The notes under the pieces are model-generated. The model made no database searches and had not been told where the DNA came from. It worked only from the letters and a program-made list of their open reading frames with translations. A DNA stretch of 64,000 nt from the NCBI GenBank assembly GCA_001791325.1, contig MGEK01000033.1, forward strand, positions 8,370 to 72,369, written 5' to 3'. How positions within the stretch are numbered: position 1 is the first letter of the stretch; the number at the start of each line of letters is the position of its first letter. Below, one piece after another: positions 38,528-48,396 of this stretch. The position numbers and the translations under genes were made by a program. Source of the stretch: Candidatus Uhrbacteria bacterium RIFCSPLOWO2_01_FULL_47_25 (GTDB lineage: Bacteria; Patescibacteriota; Patescibacteriia; GWA2-46-9).

Positions 38528-39310
38528 ATGGAAAAACTTTTTATCAAAAATCGTAAGGGTCAAAAAATCGCGGTCATAGTTGAGAAAAACGTTGACCAGC
38601 GGGGGCTGACTTTTGTGATGCACGGTCTCGGCGGTTTTAAAGAGCAAGATCACATCCAAACTTTTGCTGATGCTTTTAAGGAGAAGGGTTATACGGTAAT
38701 CCGTTTTGATACCACAAACACTTTTGGTGAAAGTGACGGGAACTATGAGGATGCGACGACCACAAATTATTATGAAGACTTGGAGGATGTTATTGAATGG
38801 GCTAAGAAACAGCCGTGGTATGAGCAGCCATTTTGTTTAGCAGGACACAGTTTGGGCAGTATATGCATAGCTTTGTATGCAGAGAAATATCCTGACAGAG
38901 TTAAGGCGCTCGCTCCGATATCAACAGTGGTGTCTGGTAAATTAAGTATAGCTACGGAAAAACACAAGAAAGTAGCAGAAGAATGGCAACGAACAGGATG
39001 GCGCGTAGAAAACGGCTATGCAGGCATTGTCAAAAAGCTTAAGTGGTCGCATGTGGAAGATCGCTTGAAATATGATCTTTTGCCGGAAGCTAATAAGCTC
39101 ACCATGCCTGTTTTGCTTATTGTCGGCGAAAATGATGATGGCACTCCCCCAGAACATCAGCAAATACTGTATGAAAAACTTCCCGGCAGAAAGGAGCTTC
39201 ATATAATTAAAGGTGCGCCGCACACCTTTCGGGAGAAAGACCATTTAGCCGAAATCAAAAAGATATTTTTGCGCTGGATTGATAAGTTTTTGATCACACC
39301 CAAGGCATGA
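38528..39310 (+). CDS. Alpha/beta hydrolase
   Basis: HGLGG, GHSLG nucleophile elbow, GEND and GAPH motifs. Confidence 0.88.
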   Translation: MEKLFIKNRKGQKIAVIVEKNVDQRGLTFVMHGLGGFKEQDHIQTFADAFKEKGYTVIRFDTTNTFGESDGNYEDATTTNYYEDLEDVIEWAKKQPWYEQPFCLAGHSLGSICIALYAEKYPDRVKALAPISTVVSGKLSIATEKHKKVAEEWQRTGWRVENGYAGIVKKLKWSHVEDRLKYDLLPEANKLTMPVLLIVGENDDGTPPEHQQILYEKLPGRKELHIIKGAPHTFREKDHLAEIKKIFLRWIDKFLITPKA

Positions 39311-40062
39311 AAAAAATCGTGGCCATTGGCGGCGGAGAAATTGGGAGGCCAGGCTATCCCATTGAAACAACTAGGATAGACAAAGAAATAATTCGGTTGT
39401 CGGGCAAGAAAAATCCTAAACTGCTTTTTGTTCCTACGGCTAGTTCTGATTCTGAATCCTATGTTGAGGTCGTAAAAAAACATTTTGGCAAGAAATTGAG
39501 ATGCAAAACTGATGTTTTGTATCTAGCTAAAAAAAGACCAAGCAAAAAAGAAATCAAAGAAAAAATTTTTCAATCTGACATTGTCTATGTTGGAGGGGGT
39601 AATACTCTTAAAATGATGAAGATCTGGAGAAGCACGGGCGTTGACAAACTTCTGAAACAAGCTTACGAAAAAGGAGTAGTTCTTTCTGGGATAAGCGCCG
39701 GGGCAATTTGTTGGTTCAGGCAAGGAAATTCTGACTCAAGACGATTTGCTAATCCAAAAGCAGGCTTAATTAAAGTCTCGGGCTTGGGTTTAATAGATAT
39801 GCTTCTCTGCCCCCACTATAATTTTAAAGATAGAGAGGCGGATCTCAAAAAAATGATGAAAAAATCAGCGGGAGTCGCCATAGCGCTTGACAATTGTTGC
39901 GCCATTGAATTTATGGACAACAAATACCGAGTCATCTCTTCAGAGTCATCGGCCAACGCTTACATGGTTTACTGGAAAGCGAATAAATATCACAAAGAAA
40001 TAATTAAAAAAACAAAAAAGCTGATGCCAATTAAGGATTTAATGTGTCTAATTAAAACATAA
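39307..40062 (+). CDS. Peptidase E (S51) family
   Basis: AIGGG, FVPTAS, YVGGGNT, GISAGA and CPHY motifs. Confidence 0.9.
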   Translation: MKKIVAIGGGEIGRPGYPIETTRIDKEIIRLSGKKNPKLLFVPTASSDSESYVEVVKKHFGKKLRCKTDVLYLAKKRPSKKEIKEKIFQSDIVYVGGGNTLKMMKIWRSTGVDKLLKQAYEKGVVLSGISAGAICWFRQGNSDSRRFANPKAGLIKVSGLGLIDMLLCPHYNFKDREADLKKMMKKSAGVAIALDNCCAIEFMDNKYRVISSESSANAYMVYWKANKYHKEIIKKTKKLMPIKDLMCLIKT

Positions 40063-40066
40063 TAAA

Positions 40067-40945
40067 ATGAAAGCAAATATAAAGAAAATAGCCTTGCTTG
40101 CTGGCATTGCCATATTTTTGGCAAGCGGGCTAATTTCTGTAAAGTTTTTTTCAACCAGCAAAACCGCAAACACAAAAGTAAGCGGAATGTATTTCGGCAA
40201 TCAGGAATGGGGTGGAGAAATTGCAGTTACTGGTGATACAGAAATAATTGGTAATCTGACCGTTTCGCCCGGTACGGTTGTCAAATTTGTTGTTGGCGAC
40301 GATCGCGGCCGGGGCGATGAAGTTGAAAAAGATGGCTTTAATGACAACGATCCTACCAGACTGCGGTCATACACTGCCACTCATTCTAGTCTTTTTGTGT
40401 TTAGAAAGTTAATCGCTCAAGGAACAAAAGAAAAAAATATTGTTTTTACGTCTGCCGCCATGGAGCCCCGTCTTGCTGACTGGGAATCTATAGTTTTTCG
40501 CGGTGATGGCAGTATTGTGGATAATGTAGTAGTGGAATATTCGCGAAATGGTCTCAACCCAATGGGGAGTCAGCCAAACAGCGTTATAAAAAACAGTGTT
40601 GTTCGCCACGCTTTGTGGGGCACTATTTCTTCGGCCAACTCATCAATCAAGATAATCAACAATTATCTATCCGATGCTGGTCACGAAGGTATAGACCTTG
40701 CCTACAAAACAGAGCAAATAGTACGAGGCAATACCATTGAAGATTGCCACACCGGTATTGCCGCAATGGATGGTTCGGCTATAATCGAAAATAACACCAT
40801 AAGAAATTGTGGTGACGGCATATTTATTAATAAAGGCGCGTCACCGAAAGTTTATAACAACACTATCGTTATTGCTCCGGCAGACAGCAAGCGCGAATGG
40901 CGTTATGATAACTATGTTATCCCAATTTTTAGTGATCCCGAATAG
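40067..40945 (+). CDS. Right-handed parallel beta-helix protein, membrane-anchored or secreted
   Basis: N-terminal hydrophobic segment; repeated I.NN.I..C..GI units. Confidence 0.75.
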   Translation: MKANIKKIALLAGIAIFLASGLISVKFFSTSKTANTKVSGMYFGNQEWGGEIAVTGDTEIIGNLTVSPGTVVKFVVGDDRGRGDEVEKDGFNDNDPTRLRSYTATHSSLFVFRKLIAQGTKEKNIVFTSAAMEPRLADWESIVFRGDGSIVDNVVVEYSRNGLNPMGSQPNSVIKNSVVRHALWGTISSANSSIKIINNYLSDAGHEGIDLAYKTEQIVRGNTIEDCHTGIAAMDGSAIIENNTIRNCGDGIFINKGASPKVYNNTIVIAPADSKREWRYDNYVIPIFSDPE

Positions 40946-41063
40946 GGATAAAGCCGATACTTCTGGTAAGACGCCCTTGCCATTTGGAAGGTGGTAAGTG
41001 TGAAACGAAAAAAGAATTTACCGCCATAAAACATGGGGTTTAATTAATCTTGAATACATAAAC

Positions 41064-42185
41064 ATGTACAATATAATTATCAAAGCGAGGGACACTATAA
41101 TCAGTTTTTTTTATAAGGTGATTCTCAAAAGGATTTTTTTCTTGAGCGATCCGGAAGATGTTCACGACCGGATGATTGGCGTGGGAAAGTTTTTGGGCCG
41201 TTACGCCATAACACGTCGCACGACCGCGTTTCTTTTTTCATATTCTCACCCCATGCTGGAGCAAAACATTCTGGGAATAAATTTTTTCAATCCTATCAGT
41301 CTCGCCGCCGGCTTTGACAAAAACGCTGAACTGATTGATATTCTTCCTTCTGTTGGTTTTGGTTTTATGGAAGTCGGCTCAATTACTGGTGAGCCGTGTG
41401 CGGGCAATCCCAAGCCGAGACTTTGGCGGTTAGTAAAATCAAAAGCGCTGGTTGTGTATTATGGATTAAAAAATGACGGCGCCGAGGCAATCGCCGCAAG
41501 ATTGAAAAATAAAAAAACGACCATTCCACTTGGCATCAGTATTGCCAAAACAAATAGTGAAAAAACAATAGAAACAGAGGCGGGCATTAGTGATTATGTT
41601 AAGGCGTATGAAAAATTTATTAACATTGGCGATTACTGCACAATTAATATTAGCTGTCCCAATGCGTATGGCGGTCAACCATTCACGAACGCAGAGAGTT
41701 TAGAAAAACTTTTAAATAGAATTGACACCATCCTTGCATCTAAACCGATTTTTTTAAAAATTTCTCCAGATTTAAATCACGATGAAATTGACGGAATAAT
41801 TGAAGTGGCTGGACGCCATAAAATATCGGGATTTATCTGCACTAACCTCACCAAAAATAGAAATAATGAAAAAATTAAAGACGCGGCAGTGCCAGAAAAG
41901 GGCGGCATGAGCGGCAAAGTGGTTGAAGAATTGGCTAACGAGTTAATTAGTTATATTTACAAAAAAACAAACGGCCAGTTTGTAATTATCGGCTGCGGCG
42001 GAGTGTTTAGCGCCAAAGATGCTTATAAAAAAATCAGAGCCGGTGCTTCCCTTGTTCAGCTTATTACTGGTATGATATATGAAGGTCCGCAAGTTATCAG
42101 TGAAATAAACCAAGGCCTTATTTCTTTGCTCGCTCGCGATGGTTTTTCAAATATCAGCGAAGCCGTTGGTGCGGACAATCGTTAA
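41064..42185 (+). CDS. pyrD: Dihydroorotate dehydrogenase (class 2, quinone-type)
   Basis: LAAGFDKN, GNPKPRL, INISCPN, KISPD, GGMSG and GASLVQL motifs. Confidence 0.93.
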   Translation: MYNIIIKARDTIISFFYKVILKRIFFLSDPEDVHDRMIGVGKFLGRYAITRRTTAFLFSYSHPMLEQNILGINFFNPISLAAGFDKNAELIDILPSVGFGFMEVGSITGEPCAGNPKPRLWRLVKSKALVVYYGLKNDGAEAIAARLKNKKTTIPLGISIAKTNSEKTIETEAGISDYVKAYEKFINIGDYCTINISCPNAYGGQPFTNAESLEKLLNRIDTILASKPIFLKISPDLNHDEIDGIIEVAGRHKISGFICTNLTKNRNNEKIKDAAVPEKGGMSGKVVEELANELISYIYKKTNGQFVIIGCGGVFSAKDAYKKIRAGASLVQLITGMIYEGPQVISEINQGLISLLARDGFSNISEAVGADNR

Positions 42186-42208
42186 GATTCTAGAATAAAA
42201 AAGTGATT

Positions 42209-42649
42209 ATGACGGAAATTAAATTAAAATCAATTGGCTTTGCCAAAAATCAGGAAGCTAAACACGTTGGCGGCTGGGCTGGCGTGGTCACTGATCTGGT
42301 TATTGAAAAACCATACGAAGACGCTCTCTTGGGCCTCAATGACTATTCTCATCTCATTGTGATTTACTGGATGCATGAGGTTAATAAATGTGAACTTAGG
42401 CACGTGCCACAGGGTAAAGTTGGCGTGGTGCCTGAAGTCGGAATTTTTGCCTGTCGCTGTACTCATCGTCCCAATCCAATTGGCGTCTCAACAGTCAAAA
42501 TTTTGGAGATTCAAGATAATATCATTACCGTGCAAGGGCTTGACGTTATTAACAACACGCCCATTGTTGATATTAAACCATATACGCCGCAGTATGATGC
42601 TATTTCTGAAGCCAAAGTTCCAGATTGGGTGAATAAACTAGATTATTGA
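42209..42649 (+). CDS. tsaA: tRNA m6t6A37 methyltransferase TrmO/TsaA family
   Basis: GIFACR..HRPNPIG and GLD..NNTPIVDIKPY motifs. Confidence 0.88.
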   Translation: MTEIKLKSIGFAKNQEAKHVGGWAGVVTDLVIEKPYEDALLGLNDYSHLIVIYWMHEVNKCELRHVPQGKVGVVPEVGIFACRCTHRPNPIGVSTVKILEIQDNIITVQGLDVINNTPIVDIKPYTPQYDAISEAKVPDWVNKLDY

Positions 42650-42682
42650 TAATAGCAGGCTGTTTAGTTTTGAGTTTTAAAG

Positions 42683-43567
42683 ATGCCCGATTCAATTATA
42701 AACTGTAGTGATCCAAAAAGCGCCGACGTGGTTTTGCTCGGCGCCAACTATGACGTTACCTCGTCGTTTGGTAAGGGCGCCGATAAAGGGCCGGCCGCCA
42801 TTATCGGTTGCCTTGACAAGCAGATTGAATTCTACGAGCGCTTCACAAAAACAGCGCCGGCTGACCAGTTGAAAATTGCTTACCATGATCTTGGCGATCT
42901 GAACACTCTCTTGCCAGAGGCCATGGTGGAGCGCGTGCGAGGCATTTATGAAGAATATTTTAAGGCCGGTAAATTTTTAGTTCTTCTGGGTGGCGAGCAT
43001 TCTGTGAGCAATGGCCCATGGCAGGCCATGGCCAAGCGCGAAGACGCTAAGGGTATAACCATTTTGCACATTGACGCTCATTTTGATTTGCGCGACACAG
43101 ACGCTGATTATCACGATGAACCTTTTGGCAAATTTGCTCATTCTTGCGTGATGCGCCGCGCCGTTGAATTAGGTTTTAATACTACTCATGTCGGCGTTCG
43201 GGCGTACTCAAAAGATGAATATGATTTTGCTAAAAGCAAGGGCTTGGCCATCTTTGAGTGGGGGCAGGGCGAAACGCCAACGCCAGAAGAGATTATCGCG
43301 ACTATAAAGACAGACAAGGTTTATTTAACCATTGATGTTGACGGCATTGATCCTGCTCATATGCCAGCGACCGGCACGCCAGTGCAGGGTGGGTTAGAAT
43401 GGTATTACACACTTCAGCTTCTTCAGAAATTATTTCAGAAAAAAAATGTGATTGGCGCCGATATTGTGGAAGTCGCGCCGCGTGCAGCCGACACTTTGAC
43501 CGAATATGGCGCCGCACAAATTTGCTATAGCATCATTGCTTATAAATTCATGTCCAGTGGCCTATGA
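42683..43567 (+). CDS. speB: Agmatinase
   Basis: LGGEHS, DAHFDLRD, TIDVDGIDP and ATGTPV.GG motifs. Confidence 0.9.
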   Translation: MPDSIINCSDPKSADVVLLGANYDVTSSFGKGADKGPAAIIGCLDKQIEFYERFTKTAPADQLKIAYHDLGDLNTLLPEAMVERVRGIYEEYFKAGKFLVLLGGEHSVSNGPWQAMAKREDAKGITILHIDAHFDLRDTDADYHDEPFGKFAHSCVMRRAVELGFNTTHVGVRAYSKDEYDFAKSKGLAIFEWGQGETPTPEEIIATIKTDKVYLTIDVDGIDPAHMPATGTPVQGGLEWYYTLQLLQKLFQKKNVIGADIVEVAPRAADTLTEYGAAQICYSIIAYKFMSSGL

Positions 43568-44745
43568 CAATATTGATAGTTGGCGCCGGAGCCGTGGCCT
43601 CGGTTATAAGCAGGCACTTAGCGCGGGATCGCGGAGTTTCTAAAATCATCTGCGCGTCCAGAAATATCAAAAGAGCCAAACAATTCATCAACTCTCAAGA
43701 CCGCAAGATAAAATTAATTTTTTTGGATGCCTCGCGTATCAACGGCATCATCAAGGCCGCCAAGGGCGTCGATCTAATCATTAACGCTAGTCTCCCCGCC
43801 TTTAATGAAAATATAATGACGGCGGCTCTTAAGGTCGGAGCAAATTACCAAGATCTGGCCTCGCGACTACTGGATTTAAAAACCGTGGAACAGCTGAAAT
43901 TCCACGCGCGCTTTAAGAAAGCCAAACTCGTTGGCCTTATCAATACTGGTGTCGCTCCGGGCGTGACCAATCTTCTCGCGAGACTTGCCGCTGATAAATT
44001 AGATGAGGTTCGCTCCATACGTTTTCGGCTTTTAGAGGAGCAAGAGGCCAGTGAGCTGATATTTGCCTGGTCCGCCGAAACTATTTTGGATGAATTAACC
44101 GCTCCGCCGATTGTTTACAAGAATGGAAAATTCATTTTTACTAAACCATTTAGCGACCAAGAAGAATATCAATTTCCTTCTCCTTTCGGCAAAAAGCGAA
44201 TGTTTAGTATTTATGGCGACGAAGTAGCGACTATCCCTCGTTACATTAAAGTCAGGCATGTAGATTTTAAATCGTCGGGCACGGACATTGAACTTGCCAA
44301 AGCCCTGTATCGTTTGGGTTTATTTAATAAAAGACCGATCAGCTTTGATGGCCGTCAAGTAATTCCGGTAAAATTTTTTTCTAGGCTCGCTCCAAAAGTG
44401 CCGAGCCCGGGCGAGATGCGCGGCATGATACAAAGCGGTGTTGTTGATAATGCTATCTTTGTCGCGGTTGTTGAGGTTGAGGGCAAACAAGCTGGACACA
44501 ATCTAATCATTAAAAACAGCGCCATATTTCCTGATTTAAAAGAAATTTCAAAGAAGTTTTCTGGCGCGACTTATATTTCTTATCCCACAGGAACAGCAGC
44601 TTACGCGTTTGCCAAAATAATTCCAAAGATTAAAACATACGGCGTCTTCCCGCCAGAAGCGCTTCGGGCCGAGGAGCGGAAAGAGGTTTTGAGAGAGTTG
44701 GAAAGCAGAAATATTGTCATCAATGAATCATATTCAAGAAGGTGA
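43564..44745 (+). CDS. Saccharopine dehydrogenase/carboxynorspermidine dehydrogenase-like protein
   Basis: IVGAGAV, ANYQDLA, GVAPGVTN and GVFPPE motifs; coupled to speB by an ATGA overlap. Confidence 0.75.
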   Translation: MTILIVGAGAVASVISRHLARDRGVSKIICASRNIKRAKQFINSQDRKIKLIFLDASRINGIIKAAKGVDLIINASLPAFNENIMTAALKVGANYQDLASRLLDLKTVEQLKFHARFKKAKLVGLINTGVAPGVTNLLARLAADKLDEVRSIRFRLLEEQEASELIFAWSAETILDELTAPPIVYKNGKFIFTKPFSDQEEYQFPSPFGKKRMFSIYGDEVATIPRYIKVRHVDFKSSGTDIELAKALYRLGLFNKRPISFDGRQVIPVKFFSRLAPKVPSPGEMRGMIQSGVVDNAIFVAVVEVEGKQAGHNLIIKNSAIFPDLKEISKKFSGATYISYPTGTAAYAFAKIIPKIKTYGVFPPEALRAEERKEVLRELESRNIVINESYSRR

Positions 44746-45477
44746 TTTGGCGCGCGGTTTGCGCTATGGCTGTTCAACCAGAATTGACGGCACGATGCTC
44801 GTTGCCACCAACAATGAATTGTTTCTCCTTGGTCAGCAAAACAGAGAAAAATTTTTTCAGCAGAGTAACATCAATCACTGGGCAGTTTGTCGCTTGGCGC
44901 ATGGTGCTGATATTCGCGTTGTTACCATGTCTGATGATAAAACCGTTGCTTATGGTTGTGACGGTTTGGTAACTGCCACGCTGAATTTATTTTTGTGTTT
45001 GACTGTGGCTGATTGTTTTCCAGTTTATTTTTGGAGCAAGAATAAAAAAGCGAAGCCGCGCACCCCGCCGCGCGGGTGATTGGTTTAGCACACGCGGGCT
45101 GGCGCGGCGTTAGCGGTAATATTGTTGGTAAAATGGTCTCAAAAATAAATTCAGAGTTTGCCTGCAACCCAGGAGATCTTATGGCCGCCATCGGCCCGGG
45201 CATCCGGCAATGTCATTTTGAAGTCAAGGAAGATGTTTTGAATAATTTTTTTGATTTTCCAAAGCAAATAGCAACGAGAAACGGCCGGACATATATTGCT
45301 CTTGCGGGAATTTTAAAAAAACAGTTGAGTGCGTCTGGCGTCTTGCCAAACAATATTGTCGATAGCGACGAGTGCACTTATTGTTTGGGAGAAAAATATT
45401 TTTCTTACCGTCGCGACAAAACAGACCCCATAGAAGCAATGCTTGCTTATATTGGCCTGGAGAGCCGGGACCTCTAG
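44723..45477 (+). pseudogene. pgeF: PgeF/YfiH laccase-domain protein split by a 26-nt insertion (45050-45075)
   Basis: The 5' part has CDGLVT..TVADCFPV and the 3' part (-1 frame) has VIGLAHAGWRG..IGPGI..CTYC..FSYRRD. Removing 45050-45075 restores NKKVIGLAHAGWRG. Confidence 0.8.
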
Positions 45478-45497
45478 ATATATCCGCTTTTTTAAAG

Positions 45498-45526
45498 AAA
45501 GACCCGGGCATTTTGCTCGGGTCTTT
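45498..45526. terminator. Bidirectional terminator hairpin
   Basis: AAAGACCCGGGCA-TTT-TGCTCGGGTCTTT between convergent genes. Confidence 0.75.
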
Positions 45527-45559
45527 TGAGTCCCTCCTTTCCCTCATTCTTTGATGTCT

Positions 45560-48271
45560 TTACGGTAAAGCCACGTCCCAGTCAGCCATTGCTTCCCTTG
45601 TCCGCGGCCGCGCGTATGGAACAAGGTCTTCGGAAATACTGACCTCCCGTCCTATTACGGAAATCATGGCCCAGCGATCCCAGTATGCCAGGTTATGAAT
45701 AAGCTGACTCCCGAGTAGCTCGCTGATGGCATCGCGGCTAGCCGCATAAAGCGTGCTGGACCCCTCATCAGCTACGGACATCATGACTATCGTTCCGACG
45801 GGCAGGGTTTCGAGAAATGAGACGAGTCGGCTCCCGGCCTCAGCGTCACTCCATGTATCAAACGATTTCAATTCAAGCAGTACGCCGGTCGCCGGGTCGA
45901 TCGTAGCGACGTTAATGCCACGTCCGCCACCTCCTCCACCAGTGGTATTGTAAAACACCACCCCGTCCCTTACAAAAACAGCATCCCCGCGGCCGCCGAG
46001 TTTGCCGGAGATAGCCTCAAGGCGGATGGTGACCCCATTTGCTGGAGCAAACTGAATTTGCTCGCGACGCCTCCACTGCGGGAAGGGCTCAACCGACGCG
46101 ACGTTGTCCCAGTCGTACTCTGGACTTTTCCGAACGCCGAAGTCCTTTGTTTTGCCGGGCTTAATGCAGTCGTAGGTCGCGAAGAGGTCACCCACGAACA
46201 TACAGCGATCATCACCCGTTGGAAAATCGGCGGGATAACCGGCGTAGAGAGTTTCATAGCCAATGAACTGTCCTTGCGCGTCTTTCAAGATCGTCGGGCC
46301 CCGAACAGAACTGGCCGTTTTCTGATTCTGATTGGCTAGCGTCACTACATAGGAGTAGTTGGGGAAAGCTGTTGGACTATACTTGACCTCGACAACTGTT
46401 AGCTCGGGGTCTGGCACCGAAACAGTTGTCCTGACTCCCTGGAGCTGAATCCCGGCCGCGGTCAATGGCGTGTCTGATGAATCAAGTTGAAAACTAAACA
46501 CGCCTTGATCTCCTGGGCGCAAGCAGTTATCGCTAAACCTGTCATATTCTTCGTCAATGAGAGTCTGACAGGAAATATTGGGGAAAAAGCTACTATACCT
46601 ACTGAGCGCCAAAACAGCCCGTGCCTGGCAGTACGCCACCGTTCCAACGTTTTCCACAAGAACTCTTTGGCCTCGATACTCTTGGCCGATCAGTACGAGC
46701 CCACGAACCAATAGATCCGAGGTTGTTTGTGGGCCAGAAGTAGTCGGCGTAAATGTCACCGTCCGCGTTGCCGTGGCGGTTGGAGTGACTGAAGGCGTTG
46801 ACGTGACCGTTCGTGTGGTGCTCGCCGTAGATGTGGACGTTCTGGTCGGAGTTGCTGTCCGTGTTGGGGTGTTCGTGAGAGTTCGGGTTGGTGTCCACGT
46901 TGCCGTCGCGGTACGAGTTGGAGTCTGCATGACCGTCAGCGTACTGGTTGCCGTACCTGTAGTGGTCGGCGTTGCCGTGACCGTTGAGCTCGCTGTCGCC
47001 GTGAACGTCGGCGTTGAGGTTGCACTTGGAGTGACTGTATAGGTCAGCGTCTGCGTAGCCGTGGACGTTCTGGTTGGAGTTGCCGTTCGCGTCGCCGTTG
47101 CTGTGCTTGTGACCGTCGGCACCGGAGGTGGAAATCTACATATAATGCCTTGCGGTAAATCCGCAAAGGGATCAGAAAGGGCACACACCCCGCCAGGCAG
47201 GAAGTATGTCCCAGCTGGACACGTATCACCGGCTTGAACTTCTTGGCACGAACCAAAATTTCCAGAAACGTCACCACAACAACCCGCTTGACTGACCGGT
47301 GTATTCGTTGCAGTCAGCGTCGGCGTTCGCGTCGCCGTTGAAGTAGGTGTGATGGTCGCAGTCCGCGTCGGCGTATCCGTTGTGGTGTTCGTCGGCGTCG
47401 CCGTGCGTGTTTCGGTGGGCGTGTTCGTCGGTGTACGTGTCCATGTCAGTGTTGCTGTCACTGTTGTGGTCGGCGTTGCCGTGAACGTTCGTGTAGCGGT
47501 GCCAGTCGGCGTCGCCGTGACTGTGTTCGTGGCCGTCGTGGTGAAGCTCGGCGTTACGGTGGTGCTTTTCGTCACTGTCCAGGTGGGAGTCACCGTAACC
47601 GTGGCAGTTGAGGTGGTTGACGGCGTTGACGTTCGTGTGGCGCTCGCCGTAGCCGTGGACGTTTGACTCGGTGCCGGCGAGAAACTGCTGGTCCGAGTAG
47701 CACTGCTCGTTGCTGTGGCAGTCCATGTCGGAGTCCCAGTCCCTGTGGCAGTCTTGGTTGGCGTTAACGTCCGTGTCGCTGTCAATGTCCTCGTTGCCGT
47801 AACTGTCTTGGTTGGCGTTATGGTCCCACTCGAGGTTACGGTAGCGGTTGGCGTTGCCGTGCGAGTCGAGGTAACCGTTGGCGTGTTCGTTGTAGTCGTC
47901 GTTACCACTTTTGTCGGTATTCTGGTCGGGGTTTGCGATGCGGTTACGGTCACTGCTGTGGTGCAAGCCATCGTTGGTGTGGGGCTTGATAAACCACACC
48001 CATTCAAGGCATTATTCACCGCGCCCAATAGCTCATCGATGGTTACCCGACCATCACCATTACCGTCGCATTCGCACTGACACGGCTCGCCAGAAATTGG
48101 GCACCCACTCAGCGCATTGTCAATGCACCCCACCAATTCGTTAACCGTGACAATGCCATTGTTGTTACCATTGTCATCACCGAGACATCCAGGACACGAC
48201 ATAGCCTGGACTTGAAGTGTCCATGCGATCGCCGTTATGGTGAGCGCTATGGCAGAATTCCTGCGTATCAT
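45560..48271 (-). CDS. Secreted Thr/Pro-rich mucin-like protein with dockerin-like N-terminal repeats and C-terminal ILEI/PANDER-like domain
   Basis: Signal peptide; two GD.N.(N/D)G.VT..EL...(I/V).NAL.GC repeats; long TxT/TPT tracts; GRGINVATID..FDTW..SVADEG..LGS..DRWAMI. Confidence 0.8.
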   Translation of the reverse strand: MIRRNSAIALTITAIAWTLQVQAMSCPGCLGDDNGNNNGIVTVNELVGCIDNALSGCPISGEPCQCECDGNGDGRVTIDELLGAVNNALNGCGLSSPTPTMACTTAVTVTASQTPTRIPTKVVTTTTTNTPTVTSTRTATPTATVTSSGTITPTKTVTATRTLTATRTLTPTKTATGTGTPTWTATATSSATRTSSFSPAPSQTSTATASATRTSTPSTTSTATVTVTPTWTVTKSTTVTPSFTTTATNTVTATPTGTATRTFTATPTTTVTATLTWTRTPTNTPTETRTATPTNTTTDTPTRTATITPTSTATRTPTLTATNTPVSQAGCCGDVSGNFGSCQEVQAGDTCPAGTYFLPGGVCALSDPFADLPQGIICRFPPPVPTVTSTATATRTATPTRTSTATQTLTYTVTPSATSTPTFTATASSTVTATPTTTGTATSTLTVMQTPTRTATATWTPTRTLTNTPTRTATPTRTSTSTASTTRTVTSTPSVTPTATATRTVTFTPTTSGPQTTSDLLVRGLVLIGQEYRGQRVLVENVGTVAYCQARAVLALSRYSSFFPNISCQTLIDEEYDRFSDNCLRPGDQGVFSFQLDSSDTPLTAAGIQLQGVRTTVSVPDPELTVVEVKYSPTAFPNYSYVVTLANQNQKTASSVRGPTILKDAQGQFIGYETLYAGYPADFPTGDDRCMFVGDLFATYDCIKPGKTKDFGVRKSPEYDWDNVASVEPFPQWRRREQIQFAPANGVTIRLEAISGKLGGRGDAVFVRDGVVFYNTTGGGGGGRGINVATIDPATGVLLELKSFDTWSDAEAGSRLVSFLETLPVGTIVMMSVADEGSSTLYAASRDAISELLGSQLIHNLAYWDRWAMISVIGREVSISEDLVPYARPRTREAMADWDVALP

Positions 48272-48367
48272 CTGAAACCCTCCTTGTTCTGTAGACCTCT
48301 TGTCTATACACCCTTTGTTATTGGCCCTTATGAGATTTTCAAGGTTCGCTGTCGCCTCCTGCCCCCT

Positions 48368-48396
48368 ATTTACCTCTCTTTAGCTATATTTGTCAA
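48368..48396 (-). promoter_or_regulatory. Sigma70-type promoter of the Thr-rich gene
   Basis: Minus strand TTGACA-N17-GTAAAT. Confidence 0.5.

Noticed and set aside
35153-41000. Integrated prophage or ICE at tRNA-Ser
   Set aside because: No integrase, structural genes or duplicated tRNA 3' end seen.
46578-48080. Val-rich plus-strand ORFs and repeat-like DNA (CRISPR or tandem array)
   Set aside because: Antisense of Thr/Pro/Ala codon tracts of the 903-aa gene; no constant repeat-spacer period and no cas genes.
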